Shown here piece after piece: positions 38,025-52,067 of a DNA stretch of 64,000 nucleotides (position 1 is its first letter; every line of letters starts with the position of its first letter). The stretch is from Pristiophorus japonicus. Taxonomy: Eukaryota. The notes beneath the pieces were generated by a model. That model saw only the letters and a list, made by a program, of their open reading frames with translations. It did no database searches and was not told the origin of the DNA. The stretch spans positions 79,608,001-79,672,000 of the forward strand of contig NC_091983.1 in NCBI RefSeq assembly GCF_044704955.1. Direction: 5' to 3'. A program made the translations under genes and the position numbers.

Positions 38025-38956
38025 CAGGTTGAGTATCCGAAATTCGGAGTTCCAAAATTCAGAATATTCCGGAATCCGGACACCGGGCTGATCCGTGGCG
38101 AGGTCGTCCGGAAAGCGGGAAATGTTCTGAAATCCGGACTCCCTCCGCCATGGCGGCCCGACCTCTCCCTGACCTTCGGCGGCCCGACCTCGCTCCAGCC
38201 CGGCCCTACCTCACCCCAGCCCTCGGCGGCCTGACCTCGCCCCAGCCCTCGGCAGCCCGACCTCACCCTGGCCTGACCTCGCCCCAGCCCTAGGTGGCCC
38301 TACCTCGCACCGGCCCTCGGCGGCCCGACCTCGCTCCAGCCCGGCCCTACCTCGCCCCGGCCCTCGGCGGCCTGACCTCGTGGCAGCCCGACCTCACCCT
38401 GGCCTGACCTCGCCCCAGCCCTAGGTGGCCCGACCTCACCCCGACCCGACCTCGCCTCGACCCGACCTCGCTCCAGCCCGGCCCTACCTCGCCCCGGCCC
38501 TTGGCGGCCTGACCTCGCCCCGGCCCTTGGCGGCCTGACCTCGCCCCGGCCCTTGGCGGCCCTACCTCGCCCCGGCCCTTGGCGACCTGACCTCGTTCCG
38601 GCCTGACTTAGCCCCAGCCCTCGGTGGCTTGACCTCGTCCCGGTCTGACCTCGCCCCGGCCCTCGGTGGCCCAATCTTGCGCCAACCCTTGGCGGCCCGA
38701 CTTTGCCGTGATTTCACCCGCTCCGACTTCGCCGCGACTTCGCCCTGGCCCTTGGCGGCTCGACCTTGCCCTGGCACCCCTCTCCCCCTCCCCCCTCTCC
38801 CTCTCCCCATTACCTTGGCGGGCCGACCTCACCCCCTTACCTCGACTGCCGACCCCACCTATCTCAGCCCAGGCAAAGACGTTCCAAAATCCGGAAATAC
38901 CCAGAATCCAGAACGACCTCGGTCCCGAGGTTTCTGGATTTTGGACACTCAACCTG
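38025..38956. mobile_element. Tc1/mariner(pogo)-type MITE with an internal GC-rich minisatellite
   Basis: TA|CAGGTTGAGT...ACTCAACCTG|TA. Confidence 0.88.
38155..38775. repeat. ~25-bp GC-rich minisatellite (CCTGACCTCGCCCCGGCCCTTGGCGG-like)
   Basis: Tandem imperfect copies visible directly. Confidence 0.85.
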
Positions 38957-39144
38957 TACTTCTATTTAGGCCAAGAAAGCAATAGGCTCTACACTAATAT
39001 TGCAGTGAGTAGAGGTTCTTGCTAACCATAGTACATTGTCAGATCATTAAAGGCACAGAATCTATTCTACTGACCAACATTATTCCAATCGATTTTGAAC
39101 TGCTGCATAAAATCTATTTATGCCAGCAAAAGCTCAAATATATT

Positions 39145-39849
39145 GGGCCATAATTTTGTGTCAAACTAATGGTGAGGCTAATGACACTCGCCGTTATTTA
39201 TGCACAAATGATACAGCAACTTCAGGTGAGGGGCAGATGCGCGGTTAAATTCCAAAAATTGCTGTCCAAGTTGTGCCGCTCTATCGTTAGCTTCACGAAA
39301 ACGACATCTCGCTGTCTGGCTCACCGTCGAAATGCTTTGAATATCATGAAGTTGCTGTATTTGCGTGATAGATACGAACTAAACTCGCCACAGAAGGTTA
39401 AGTCTTGTCCATTGCAGTCTAAATACCCTTTTGAACAACGCCAAACAACCTCCTCTGGCTCTGAAAATTAACTGTTACAAGTATGGAGTCTCATTCTCAT
39501 TTGTAATTGTTTGAGATTTTAAAAATATAAAACTTTTTTTTACTTGTCTTTTGTCTTTTTCTCTCTCAATCCAATCTTTCTTTCCCTCTCTTTATTTCTC
39601 TTTCTGTACCCGATTTGACATTGAATTCACCCTCTTTCTCAGTCCTTCCACTGCTAATTTCACAATTCTTCAATCTGATTGGTTATCTGTTCACTCAGGT
39701 CCCAGATGCCCGGTTTCCCTCACTACGTCGTGACCAGCACACGTGCACCAACTTGCCATGTAAAAAAAAAAATTATAATTAAATTTGCAAGAGCAAGTCT
39801 AATTATCAGCAGATGCCATTAGATGCCCTGCTATAGCAAATTATGGCCC
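39145..39849. mobile_element. Complete Harbinger-type MITE
   Basis: ATT|GGGCCATAATTT...AAATTATGGCCC|ATT: 12-bp TIR and 3-bp TSD. Confidence 0.9.
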
Positions 39850-40404
39850 ATTATTGAACCTAGCCTTGGTGTCGAGCAGCTTCTAAATTTAAAATTTACT
39901 TTTCATTGGTTAAACCAATGGTTATGATAAATCTGGACAGTTGCAGGCAGGACTATGGTTTTGTATTTGTTTCTGGAGCCTCCAAAGTGATGCACAGTGA
40001 CATTTAGTATCTACATCCTTATGGCTTTAGCTTATGAGTAGGTAGCTGGACCCTCTCAATAGACTTCCTTTATAGCGATAATCTGCACTGTGGAGCAGCT
40101 TGAAGCCCTGAAATGATGGGTCTTCATGGGTATGGAGAATTAGATTTCTTCCCCCGACCTGCAAGTGACTGTGGTCCAAATCAGGCAACAAAACCACACT
40201 AGAATTTAAGGATGAAAAGGGGTTATTCAGCTCATCTCATGATTTAGGTCCAGGTGCAGGATCTGCTCAGACCACTTTATTTCCACCATGTCATCGTGTC
40301 AAGCCTGTATCCACATACACCTGGGGTAGGAATAGAACCCTTCTCAATGCCAGTACATATTTCTTGCACTAGGCAGACTTTTGTTCCATAATTATTTGCA
40401 TAAA

Positions 40405-40876
40405 TAGGGAGGGTTTCGGCCGAGTCAGCAGTTTGGCACCCAAGAGGGGGTGCCTGGCTGCCTGTTGGCGGCCCGACCGAACCCGCGGCCATAATTGTCG
40501 GCCCGACCTGGCAGTCGGCCAACAAAATAAAATAACATGGAGTCACCAGTAGCACCACCTCCCCTTTAAGGGCGGCCGCACCGCCAAGCCACAGAAATGG
40601 CACCGGCAATAAAAGCTGTCAGTGACTGGCAGCGGCACTGCACCCGCGGGGCAATGTACAAACGAGGCAATTTCGGAAACTGGTCACCGCTGGTCGGTAA
40701 GGGATTGGCGCGTGCATGAAACGGCAGAAAAACAGGCGGAGCGGTCCCCTACAGCACTCCAAAAGTAAAGGGGGGCAATGTTCAAAATGGCAGCCCCTCC
40801 GCGGCCAGTCTGCGATGACCCATGGCCGCCATTGTAAGGAAGCCACAGGTCTTATAGAAAGGAGCAATTTCGGCCC
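40405..40876. mobile_element. Right arm of a Harbinger-type MITE
   Basis: CpG-rich body ending gcaatttcggccc. No left TIR seen. Confidence 0.5.
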
Positions 40877-40944
40877 ACTAGTCTTCACCTGGTAGATAGG
40901 TTGGTTGTCTGGTTAACTTTTTGTTGGGGTAAGGGGTAGGGGGA

Positions 40945-43635
40945 ATAAGAACATAAGAAATAGTAACAAGAGTAGGCAATATGGCCCCTCGAGCTGGCTC
41001 CGCCATTCAATATCATGGCTCCACTTCCCTGCCCACTCCCCATAACCCCTTATCCCCTTATCGTTTAAGAAACTGTCTATTTCTGTCTTAAATTTATTCA
41101 ATGTCCCAGCTTCCACAGCTCTCTGAGGCAGCGAATTCCACTGAGTTACAACCCTCTAAGAGAAGAAATTTCTCCCCTCAGTTTTAAATGAACGGCCCCT
41201 TATTCTATTATCATGCCCTCTAGTTCTAGTTTTGGTCTCCTAATCTGAGGAAGGACATTCTTGCTATTGAGGAAGTGCAGCGAAGGTTCACCAGACTGAT
41301 TCCCGGGATTGCAGGACTGACATATGAAGAAATACTCGATCGACTAGGCTTATATTCACTGGAATTTAGAAGAATGAGAGGGGATCTCATAGAAACATAT
41401 AAAATTCTGACGGGATTGGACAGGTTAGATGCAGGAAGAATGTTCCCGATGTTGGGGAAGTCCAGAACCAGGGGTCACAGTCTAAGGATAAGGGGTAAGC
41501 CATTTAGGACCAAGATGAGGAGAAACTTCTTCACTCAGAGAGAATTGTGAACCTGTGGAATTCTCTACCACAGAAAGTTGTTGAGGCCAGTTTGTTAGAT
41601 ATATTCAAAAGGGAGTTAGATGTGGCCCTTATGGCTAAAGGGATCAAGGGGTATGGAGAGAAAGCAGGAATGGAGTACTAAAGTTGCATGGTCAGCCATG
41701 ATCATGTTGAATGGTGGTGCAGGCTCGAGGGGCCGAATGGCCTACTCCTGCACCTATTTTCTATGTTTCTATGTCTCCCCCATCAGTGGAAACATCCACT
41801 CTGCATCCACCTTGTCAAGCCCCTTCATAATCTTACACGTTTCGATAAGATCATCTTTCATTCTTCTGAATTCCAGTGAGTAGAGGCCTAACCCACTCAA
41901 CCTTTCCTCATAAGTCAACCCCCTCATCCCCGGAATCAACCTAGTGAACCTTCTCTGAACTGCCTCCAAAGCAAATATATCCTTTCGTAAATATGGAAAT
42001 CAAAACTGCACGCAGTATTCCAGCTTCACCAATACCCGTGTAGCTGTAGCAAGACTTCCCTGCTTTTATACTCCATCCCCTTTGCAATAAAGGCCAACAT
42101 TCCATTTGCCTTCCTGATTACTTGCTGTAACTGCATACTATCCTTTTGTATTTCATGCACAAGTACCCCTAGGTCCCGCTGTACTGCAGCACTTTGCAAT
42201 CTTTCTCCATTTAAATAATAACTTGCTCTTTGATTTTTTTCTGCCAAAGTGCATGACCTCTCACTTTCCAACATTATACTCCATCTGCCAAATTTTTGCC
42301 CACTCACTTAGCCTGTCTATGTTCTTTTGCAGATTTGTTGTGTCCTCCTCGCACATTGCTTTTCCTCCTATCTTTGTATCGTCAGCAAACCTAGTCACGT
42401 TACACTCAGTTCCTTCTTCCAAGTCGTTAAATATAGATTGCAAATAGTTGGGGTCCTAGCACTGATCCCTGTGGCACCCCACTAGTTACTGATTGCCAAC
42501 CAGCGAATGAACCATTTATTCCAACTCTCTGTTTTCTGTTAGTTAGCCAATCCTCTATCCATGCTAATATATTACTCCCAACCCCGTGAACTTTTATCTT
42601 GTGCAGTAACCTTTTATGTGGCACCATGTCAAATGCCTTCTGAAAGTCCAAATACACCACATCCACTAGTTCCCCTTTATCCACACTGTTCGTTTCATCC
42701 TCAAAGAATTCCAGAAAATTTGTAAAACATGACTTCCCCTTCATAAATCCATGCTGACTCTGCCTGACCGAATTTTGCTTTTCCAAATGTCCTGCTACTG
42801 CTTCTTTAATAATGGATTCTAACACTTTCCCAACCACAGATGTTAGGCTAACTGGTCTATAGTTTCCTGCTTTTTGTCTGCCTCCTTTTTTAAATAGGGG
42901 CGTTACATTTGCAGTTTTCCAATCTGCTGGGACCTCCCCAGAATCCAGGGAATTTTGGTAAATTACAACCAATGCATCCACAATCCCTGCCGTTACTTCT
43001 CTTAAAACCCTAGGAAGCAAGCCATCAGGTCCAGGGGATTTAGCTGCCTTCAGTCCCATTATCTTACTGAGTACCAGTGATTGTGATTGTGTTAAGTTCC
43101 TCTCCCCCTATAGCCCCTTGACTATTCACTGTTGGGATATTGTTAGTGTCCTCTACCGTAAAGACTGATAAAAAATATTTGTTCAGAATTTCTGCCATCT
43201 CCATGTTCCCCATTACTAATTCCCCGGTCTCATCCTCTAAGGGACCAACATTTACTTTATCCACTCTTTTATATACCTATAGAAACTCTTGCTATCTGTT
43301 TTTATATTTTGTGCTAGTTTATTTTCATAGTCTATCTTCCCTTTCTTAATTTTTTAGTTATTTTTTGCTGGCTTTTAAAAGCTTCCCAATTTTCTGTCCT
43401 CCCACTAGTTTTGGCCACTTTGTATGCCCTTTTTTTAATTGGACACCGTCCTTTATTTCTTTAGTTAGCCACAGATCGCTATCTTTTCTCTTATACCTTT
43501 TCCTCCTCACTGGAATATATTTTTCTTGAGAGTTGTGAAATATCTCCTTAAATGTACACCACTGTTCAACAACCGTCCTACACTTTAATCTATTTTCCCA
43601 GTCCACTTTAGCCAACTCTGCCCTCAAACCTTCAT
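40945..43635 (-). mobile_element. CR1 LINE (ORF2 RT, 5'-truncated)
   Basis: KSPGPDG, NYRPVSLTS, YLDFQKAFD, GVPQGSVLGP, FADDTK; (CTTATGTT)n tail at ~40945. Confidence 0.93.
41231..41773 (+). mobile_element. CR1 3' fragment nested in the opposite orientation
   Basis: QRRFTRLIPG...RNFFTQR plus a (CTATGTTT)n tail. Host sequence ctagttctag/tctccccc resumes after it. Confidence 0.9.
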
Positions 43636-43804
43636 AGGCAGTTCCATTTCTAAAATTGTATGCCCTGCCTAAATTCTCTCATCGGCTCCACACTTAATCA
43701 TACTTGTTTGTTTTCTGGGTCCAAAACGAACTCATGTTTACATTATTTTTAAAGTTTATTTCAAATTTTGTAATTTAATTTACGTTTGGTTTAAAATCTC
43801 ATGC

Positions 43805-44140
43805 ATCATCATCATCATAGGCAGTTCCTCAAAATCGAGGAAGGCTTGCTTCCACTCTAAAAGTGAGTTCCCAGGTGATTGAACAGTCTAATACGGGAAT
43901 TATAGTCCCTGTCATAGGTGGGAGAGACAGTCGTTGGAGGAAAGGGTGGATGGGGAGTCTGGTTTGCCGCACGCTCCTTCCGCTGCCTGCACTTGATTTC
44001 TGCAAGCTCTCCGCGACGAGACTCAAAGTGCTCAGCGCCTTCCCTGATGCTCTTTCTCCACTTAGGGTGGTCTTTGGCCAGGGACTCCCAGGTGTCGGTG
44101 GGGATGTTGCATTTTATAAAGGAGGCTTTGAGGGTGTCCT
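43805..44140 (-). mobile_element. RTE 3' fragment
   Basis: (CAT)n tail; KDTLKAS...WESLAKDHPKWRK. Confidence 0.85.
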
Positions 44141-45539
44141 TGTGCAGCAATGCATATGACTGAAGTATGGAAATGCAAAAATTTCAGCAAAGCTAACTTG
44201 TAGGATCTGATAAATCATCATTCATTCAATCATACTGTACAAGTACGAAACTCATTATTATCTCCATACTGCTAATTTGTCGTAGATTTCTCCCATCATA
44301 AATTTCAGTGCAACTTCAAAGCAGCTCTCAATGTATCCTGTCTGCATCCGCTGTCTGTAGTGGTACAGATAACTTGCATATTAATTTTTAAATTGGCATG
44401 AAAACTTACCTTTTGTGCAGACAAGTTCAAATAATGTTTGATGAATAGTGGTGGTTCAGTCATTTTGAACTAGTGAAAGGTTTGACATTTTTGAGAGAGT
44501 GCAGTAGCATCAACTGGTCTTGTGGTATGATAATTGCAGTGTGTGCTTCTGTGGTAGTGAGTTAAACAAAGGTCTACAGCAGCAGATTATGGAGAAGGCT
44601 GGGAGATGAAAGACAATGACTAAAATAAATGAGAAAATGAAAAGGAAAGAAATTAAAAACTTGTCAGATTTATGATAAAAATGTGTGCATGTTGGAACAC
44701 TGCAGACCCTCACAATGTGTTTTGGAGTGAGATGATGCATGTTTGATTTCTAAACTCCCTCCTCCCCAGCCTCCATGCTGTGCAGAGAGGTATCAAGTAA
44801 CTGTGTGGGGCCCTTTCCTTCAGGGGTAAAGAAACTGGGGACATTCTCGCTTGGCATGTTGTCTCATTTGCCAGGATAAGGATAGATGTTAACTTGGGAG
44901 CAGGCCATTTTCTCATCCTTTAGGCTACAGAGGAATGTGGACTGGAATGTATCTGTATGAGGAAGGGAAAGAAATATAAAAGATGCGTGCCTTTTGTTGG
45001 AGGATAAATACCCACTGCCAGAAAGATTCGATTTAAAGCAAAAATAAAAAACGTGTCTAAGCCAGACTTGCATAGAGAATAACTGGGGCAGAGAGGGAAA
45101 TATTGCTCTGCAGACTGGCACTACCCAACTTGCTGAACTTTCTGTCTTTTAAGAGCCAAGACCTTTGTTAAGCATTCTGAACATTAGATTTGGTAGGGAG
45201 ATGCAAATTTTAAATCATTTCCAAGATCCCAAGTTCACTCATTTGATTTCTGCAGAGTCAGAATGCCAATGCAAGAACAGCAGCAAGAAGGGAGGGGGTG
45301 GGGGAATTCCAGTGACTGATGCATGCAGCTGTTCCATCTCTTTCCTGATGTTATGACTTTCTGTGGGATGGACAGAACTTCTGCCAACTCCAGCCCCCAG
45401 CGGGAATTCCCTTGCATGGAATGGAGGGTGGAGACCCAGCATTTCTGGTCCCATCCGATTTTATGACCCACTTTGCTGCTCCCTTGGCCACTTCACGCCA
45501 GGCGTGCACCGCAAGGAAATTTGGGGCCAGAATATTTTC

Positions 45540-46155
45540 ACGTTCAGATTTGATCGCCTGACTCCGCCCCTCCCTCAGCTCCTCTGCTGCTGAAACCCTC
45601 GTCCATGCGTTTGTTACCTCTAGACTTGACTATTCCAATGCTCTCCTGGCCGACCTCCAATCCTCCATAAACTTGAGCTCATCCCAAACTCTGTGCCCGT
45701 GTCCTAACTCACACCAAGCCCTGATCACCCATCACCCCAGTGCTCGCTGACCTGCATTGGCTCCCGGTCTGGCAACGCCTCAATCTTAAAAATTCTCATC
45801 CTTGTTTTCAAATCCCTCCATGACCTTGCCCCTCCCTATATCTGTATCCTCCTCCAGCCCAACAACCCTCCGAGAACTCTCCACTCCTCCAATTCTAGCC
45901 TCTTGCACATTCCCGATTTTTGGCGGCCCTGCCATCAGCTGCCGAGGCCTAAGCTGTGAATTCTCATCCTAAACCACTCCACCTCCCTATCTCTCTTCTC
46001 CTTTAAGATGCTCCTTAAAACCGACCTATTTTACCAACCTTTCTGCCCTAATGTCTCCTTATGTAGCTCTATTAAATGTTGTTTGATAACGTTCCTGTAA
46101 AGCACCTTGGGCTGTCTTACTATGTTAAAGGCGCTATATAAATGCATGTTGTTGA
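45540..46155 (+). mobile_element. L2 LINE 3' fragment
   Basis: HAFVTSRLDYSNALL and LHWLPV-type sequence; gcgctatataaatgca 3' end. Confidence 0.8.
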
Positions 46156-46284
46156 TCATTTTGTTTTCTTGTTTCACTCCTTTCAGTCACAGGTATTTAA
46201 AGATATTCTACAGCACATTTATGTAAGCAGCTGTTGCCTCTGACCACTGTGCCACATGTGACAATATAAGTATAAAATGGGTTG

Positions 46285-46423
46285 TCACTAAGGGAATCAA
46301 GGGATAAGGGGATAGTGCGGGCAGGTGGAGTTGAGGTAAAGGATCAGCCATGATCTTATTAAATGGCGGAGCAGGCCCGAGGGGCCAAATGGCCTACTTT
46401 TGCTCCTATTTCTTATGTTCTTA
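46285..46423 (+). mobile_element. CR1 3' tail fragment
   Basis: gatcagccatgatctt...tttcttatgttctta. Confidence 0.75.
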
Positions 46424-47515
46424 AGAGTGGCCATGGTTTTTAGGTCACCAACAAACTGTGTGGTTGAAGTGTTCTTGCCTGCTGTGTACAGTCCATTGAA
46501 ATAGTTTTATTATCACTGGGCTGTACAGAACTTCACCAGACATTGGGGGATTCTGGCTCCAGCAAATGTCACTGTTGAATAAAGGTAGCACTGTAATACA
46601 AAATGGGGCAGTTTCAACAGCATTAGCAGCTAGTTTCTCAGAACTGCATCAGGAAGCACTTTTGGAAATAAAGATAACATTAGTTTCTATTGACGTTGCA
46701 AGTAATTATAGAGCTACTTCTACGAGCTGTAACTTAATTTCCACAGTGGCGTAGCACACTTGTGCCACAGTGCACTGTAACATTGAAGAGATGGATGCAG
46801 CTTCTTGACTGTGATCCAACCTATAGGGTCTGATCAATCTCGCCTGATTTCTTTTCAAGGATGATCGTGAACACAGTCTAGGTGTGTCCAGCTAACCAGG
46901 AAAAAAACAGGCATGTCACATAAATGAGGAGAGGATTTTAAAATTAAAACCTTCAGCCACAGCAATGAAAAATTATTTATGATCGGTTATTGCTCTTTGT
47001 TGCTTGGTATGTACAATATATGCTGTCATTAATTAATTATATCTATCGCTAAGTAATTCATCATCTCCGTGGTGTTTCTGAGGCTGCATCATAAGACGTA
47101 CTGTTTTATAGCAACGGTTGTGTTATGAGGAAAGTGTTAACACGAAGTAAGTGTGACACTAACTGGAAGTTCACGCTATATGGAAAACTTTAAATTGGTG
47201 AGGCAGAGAAAGTCTGAGGAACTGAGCTTGACAAACTGTGACTAGACAAACCAAGGCAGGGGCTGGAAGGATAGGAAGAAAACCGAGGGAAAACAACAAA
47301 ATGGAATATTTAAAATGATGACTGTTGAATACTGCTTTGAAAAGCTCCAAGACATCGGTAAGCCCTGTAAACCAGTGGGGCAGAAGGACATTAATCAAGA
47401 TTTTGCTGGTCTTGTATTAGAGGCTGGGTGCAGTTAAGGCATTAACCAGTGGGATTTGAGCGGGGCTGAAGAAACAAGTGTCGAATATTGCGAGGGCCCA
47501 GGCCTGACCCCAATG

Positions 47516-50500
47516 GAAACATAGAAACATAGAAAATAGGTGCAGGAGTAGGCCATTCGGCCCTTTGAGCCTACACCAATATTCAATATGATCATGGCTG
47601 ATCATGCATTTCAGTACTCCATTCCTGCTTTCTCTCCATGCTCCTTGATCCCTTTAGCCGTAAGGGCCACATCTAATTCCCTTTTGAATATATCTAACGA
47701 ACTGGCCTCAACAACTTTCTGTGGTAGAGAATTCCACAGGTTCACAATTCTCTGAGTGAAGAAGTTTCTCCTCATCTCGGTCCTAAATGGCTTACCCCTT
47801 ATCCTTAGACTATGACCCCTGGTTCTAGACTTCCCCAACATCAGGAACATTCTTCCTGCATCTAACCTGTCCAATCCCGTCAGAATTTTAAATGTTTCTA
47901 TGAGATCCCCTCTCATTCTTCGAAATTCCAGTGTATACAAGCCTAGTCGATCCAGTCTTTCTTCATATGTCAGTCCTGCCATCCCGAGAATCAGTCTGGT
48001 GAACCTTCGCTGCACTGTCTCAATAGCAAGAATGTCCTTCCTCAGATTAGACAACCAAAACTGTACACAATATTGAGGGTGTGGCCTCACCAAGGCCCTG
48101 TACAAATGCAGTAAGACCTCCCTGCTCCTATATACAAATCCTCTCGCTATGAAGGCCAACATGCCATTTGCCGCCTTCACTGCCTACTGTACCTGCATGC
48201 CAACTTTCAATGACTGATGTACCATGACACCCAGGTCTCGTTGCACCTTCCCTTTTACTAATCTGTCACCATTCAGATAATCTGCCTTCCTGTTTTTGCC
48301 ACCAAAGTGGATAACCTCACATTTATCTACATTATGCTGCATCTGCCATGCATTTGCCCACTCGCCTAACCTGTCCAAGTCACCCTGCAGTCTCTTAGCA
48401 TCCTCCTCACAGCTCACACTGCCACCCAGCTTAGTGTCATCTGCAAACTTGGAGATATTACATTCAATTCCTTCGTCCAAATCATGAATGTATATTGTAA
48501 ATAGCTGGGGTCCCAGCGCTGAACCTTGCGGTACCCTACTAGTCACTGCCTGCCATTCTGAAAAGGATCCGTTTATTCCTACTCTTTGCTTACTGTCTGC
48601 CAACCAGTTCTCTATCCACGTCAATACATTACCCCCAATATCATGTGCACACCAATCTCTTGTGTGGGACCTTGAAAGTCCAAATACATCACATCCGCTG
48701 GTTCTCCCTTGTCCACTCTACTAGTTACATCCTCAAAACATTCTAGAAGATTTGTGAAGCATGATTTCCTTTTCATAAATCCATGCTGACTTGGACCGAT
48801 CCTGTCATGCTTTCCAAATACACTGCTATTACATTTTTAATAATTGATTCCAACATTTTCCCCACTACTGATGTCAGGCTACAATTTCCTGTTTTCTCTC
48901 CCTCCTTTTTTAAAAAGTGGTGTTACATTAGCTACCCTTCAGTCCATAGGAACTGATCTAGAGTCTATAGAATGTTTGAAAATGACCACCAATGCATCCA
49001 ATATTTCTAGGGCCACTTCCTTGGGTACTCTGGGATGCAAACTATCAGGCCCTGGGGATTTATCGGCCTTCAGGCCCATCAATTTCCCTGACACAATTTC
49101 CTGACTAATAAGGATTTCCTTCAGTTCATCCTTCTTGCTAGACCCTCGGTTCCCTATTATTTTTAGAAGGTTATTTGTGTCTTCCTTAGTGAAGACAAAA
49201 CCAAAATATTTGTTCAATTGGTCTGCCATTTTTTAGTTCCCATTATAAATTCACCTGATTCTGACTGCAAGGGACCTACATTTGTCTTCACTAATCTTTT
49301 TCTCTTCACATATCTATAGAAGCTTTTGCAGTCAGTTCTTATGTTCCCTGCAAGCTTACTCTCATACTCTATTTTCCACCTCCTAATTATACCCTTTGTC
49401 CTCCTCTGCTGAATTCTAAATTTCTCCCAGTTCTCCAGTTTGCTGGTTTTTCTGTCCATTTTATATGCCTCTTCCTTGGATTTAACACTATCCCTAATTT
49501 CCCTTGTAAGAACATAAGAACATAAGAATTAGGAACAGGAGTAGGCCATCTAGCCCCTCAAGCCTGCTCCGCCACTCAACAAGATCATGGCTGATCTGGC
49601 CGTGGACTCAGCTCCACTTACCCGCCTGCTCCCCATAACTCTTAATTCCCTTATTGGTTAAAAATCTATCTATCTGTGATTTGAATACATTCAATGAGCT
49701 AGCCTCAACTGCTTCCCTGGGCAGAGAATTAGCCATGATTGAGCCACCTTCCCCGTTTTATTTTTACGCCAGACAGGGATGTACAATTGTTGAAATTCAT
49801 CCATGTGATCTTTAAATGTCTGCCATTGCCTATCCACCGTCAATCCTTTAAGTATCATTCGCCAGTCTATCCTAGCCATTTCACGTCTCATACCATCAAA
49901 GTTACCTTTCTTTATGTTCAGGACACTAGTCTCTGATTTAACTGTGTTACTCTCCACCTTAAGAATTCCACCATATTATGGTCACTCTTCCCCAAGGGTC
50001 CTCGCACAACAAGATTGCTAATTAATCCTCTCTCATTACACAACACCCAGCCTAGGATGGCCAACTCTCTAGTTGGTTCCTCGACATATTGGTCCAGAAA
50101 ACCATCCCTTATACACTCCAAGAAATCCTCCTCCACCGTATTGCTACCAGTTTGGTTAGCCCAATCTATATGTAGATTAAAGTCACCCATGATAATTGCT
50201 GTACCTTTAATGCACGCATCCCTAATTTCCTGTTTGATGCCATCCCCAACCTCACTACTACTGTTTGTTGGTCTGTACTCAACTCCCACTAGCGTTTTCT
50301 GCCCTTTGGTGTTCTGCAGCTCTACCCATATAGATTCCACATCATCCAAGCTAATGTCCTTCCTTACTATTGCGTTAATCTCCTCTTTAACCAGCAAAGC
50401 TACCCCACCTCCTTTTCCTTACCCCTGGATGTTGAGTTCCCAGCCTTGGTCACCCTGGAGCCATGTCTCCGTAATCCCAATTATATCATCTCTGTTAACA

Positions 50501-51727
50501 GCTAGAAACATAGAAATTAGGTGCAGAAGCAAGCCATTCGGTCCTTCGAACCTGCACCGCCATTCAATAAGATCATGGCTGATCATTCAATCTCAGTACC
50601 CCTTTCCTGCTTTCTCTCCATACCCCTTGATCCCTTTGGCCGTAAGGGCCATATTTAATTCCATTTTGAATAGATCTAACAAACTGGCCTCAACAACTTT
50701 CTGCGGTAGAGAATTCCACAGGTTAACCACTCTCTGAGTGAAGATGTTTCTCCTCATCTCGGTCCTAAATGGCTTACCCCTTATTCATAGACTGTGAGCC
50801 CTGGTTCTGGAACTCCCCAGCAACGGGAAACTTCTTCCTGCCTCTAACCTGTCTAATCCTGTCAGAATTTTATATGTTTCTATGAGATCCCCTCTCATTC
50901 TTCTAAACTCCAGTGGCTGCAAGCCCAGTTGATCCAGTCTCTCCTCATATCTCAGTCCTGCCATCCCAGGAATCAGTCTGGTGAACCTTCGCTGTACTCC
51001 TTCAAAAGCAAGAATGTCCATCCTCAGACTAGGAGACCAAAACTGAACACAATATTCTATCTGTGCAGTTAATTCATCCACCTTATTACGAATGCTTCTC
51101 GCATTGAGACACAGAGCCTTCAGGCTTGTTTTTATAACACTTTTTGTCCTTTTAGAATTATGTTGTACTGTGGCCGTTTTTGATTTTTGTCTTTGATTTC
51201 TCTGCCCGCTACTTTTCCTTATCTCCTCTCTACCTTTTTCTTCTGCCCCCATTTTACTTCCCTCTGCCTCCCTGCATAGATTCCCATCCCCCAGCCATAT
51301 TAGTTTAACCCCTCCCCAACAGCACTAGCAAACACTCCCCTTAGGACATCGGTTCCGGTCCTGTCCAGGTGCAGATGGTCCGGTTTGTACTGGTCCCACC
51401 TCCCCCAGAACCGGCTCCAATGTCCTAGGAATTTGAATCCCTCCCTCTTGCACCATTCCTCAAGCCATGTATTCATCTTAACTATCCTGCTATTTCTACT
51501 CTGACTAGCATGTGGCACTGGTAGCAATCCTGAGATTACTACCTTTTGAGGTCCTACCTTTTAATTTAACTCCTAGCTCCCTAAATTCGTCTTGTAGGAC
51601 CTCATCCCGTTTTTTACCTGTATTGTTGGTACCTATATGCACCACAAACAACTGGCTGTTCACCCTCCCCCTCCAGAATGCCCTGCAGCTGCTCCGAGAC
51701 ATCCTTGACCCTTGCACCAGGGAGGCA
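47516..51727 (-). mobile_element. Long CR1 LINE: ORF1 SGNH-esterase part plus ORF2 APE endonuclease and RT, decayed, with two nested CR1 fragments
   Basis: ORF1 VVHIGTNN...HLHL; endonuclease LNARSIRNK, MGDFNL, SDHNM; RT motifs; tail at 47516. Nested pieces at ~49508-49728 and 50505-51056. Confidence 0.92.
50505..51056 (-). mobile_element. CR1 3' fragment nested in the endonuclease region of the CR1 above
   Basis: CTA duplicated at 50502-50504 and 51057-51059. ORF 50785-51252 is a chimera of host and insert. Confidence 0.88.
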
Positions 51728-52054
51728 CAATGGATTAGGAAAATGGGAGAAAAATCTTATTTAACATGGTTGACGAGTCATAAACCAGCAGCGCAGTTGT
51801 AGCAGCCAAATCTTGATTTACTATGGCTGGGGTGCAGGCCAAACTGAGACATGAACTAGTGGGCTTGAAGAAAATTTAGATTAGTGGGGCTGGAGGACAA
51901 ACCTTAAGCACAAGTAGCAAATAGAACAATGTTAAAATTATTTTGAAAAGAAATTCAGAAACATGCGGGCAATTTCTAAAGTGGGGAAGCAGAGGCTTCA
52001 GCAGATCAACCGGTTTTGTTTCGCGGCTGTTGATGGGAGCAAGAGGCACCACGT

Positions 52055-52067
52055 CGCCATCTAGTGG
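52055..52067 (-). promoter_or_regulatory. CTCF core motif in non-repeat sequence
   Basis: Minus strand CCACTAGATGGCG matches CCASYAGRKGGCR. Locally CpG-retaining. Confidence 0.55.

Noticed and set aside
38155-38775. CRISPR-like array or Arg/Gly-rich ORFs
   Set aside because: Head-to-tail minisatellite without unique spacers in eukaryotic DNA.
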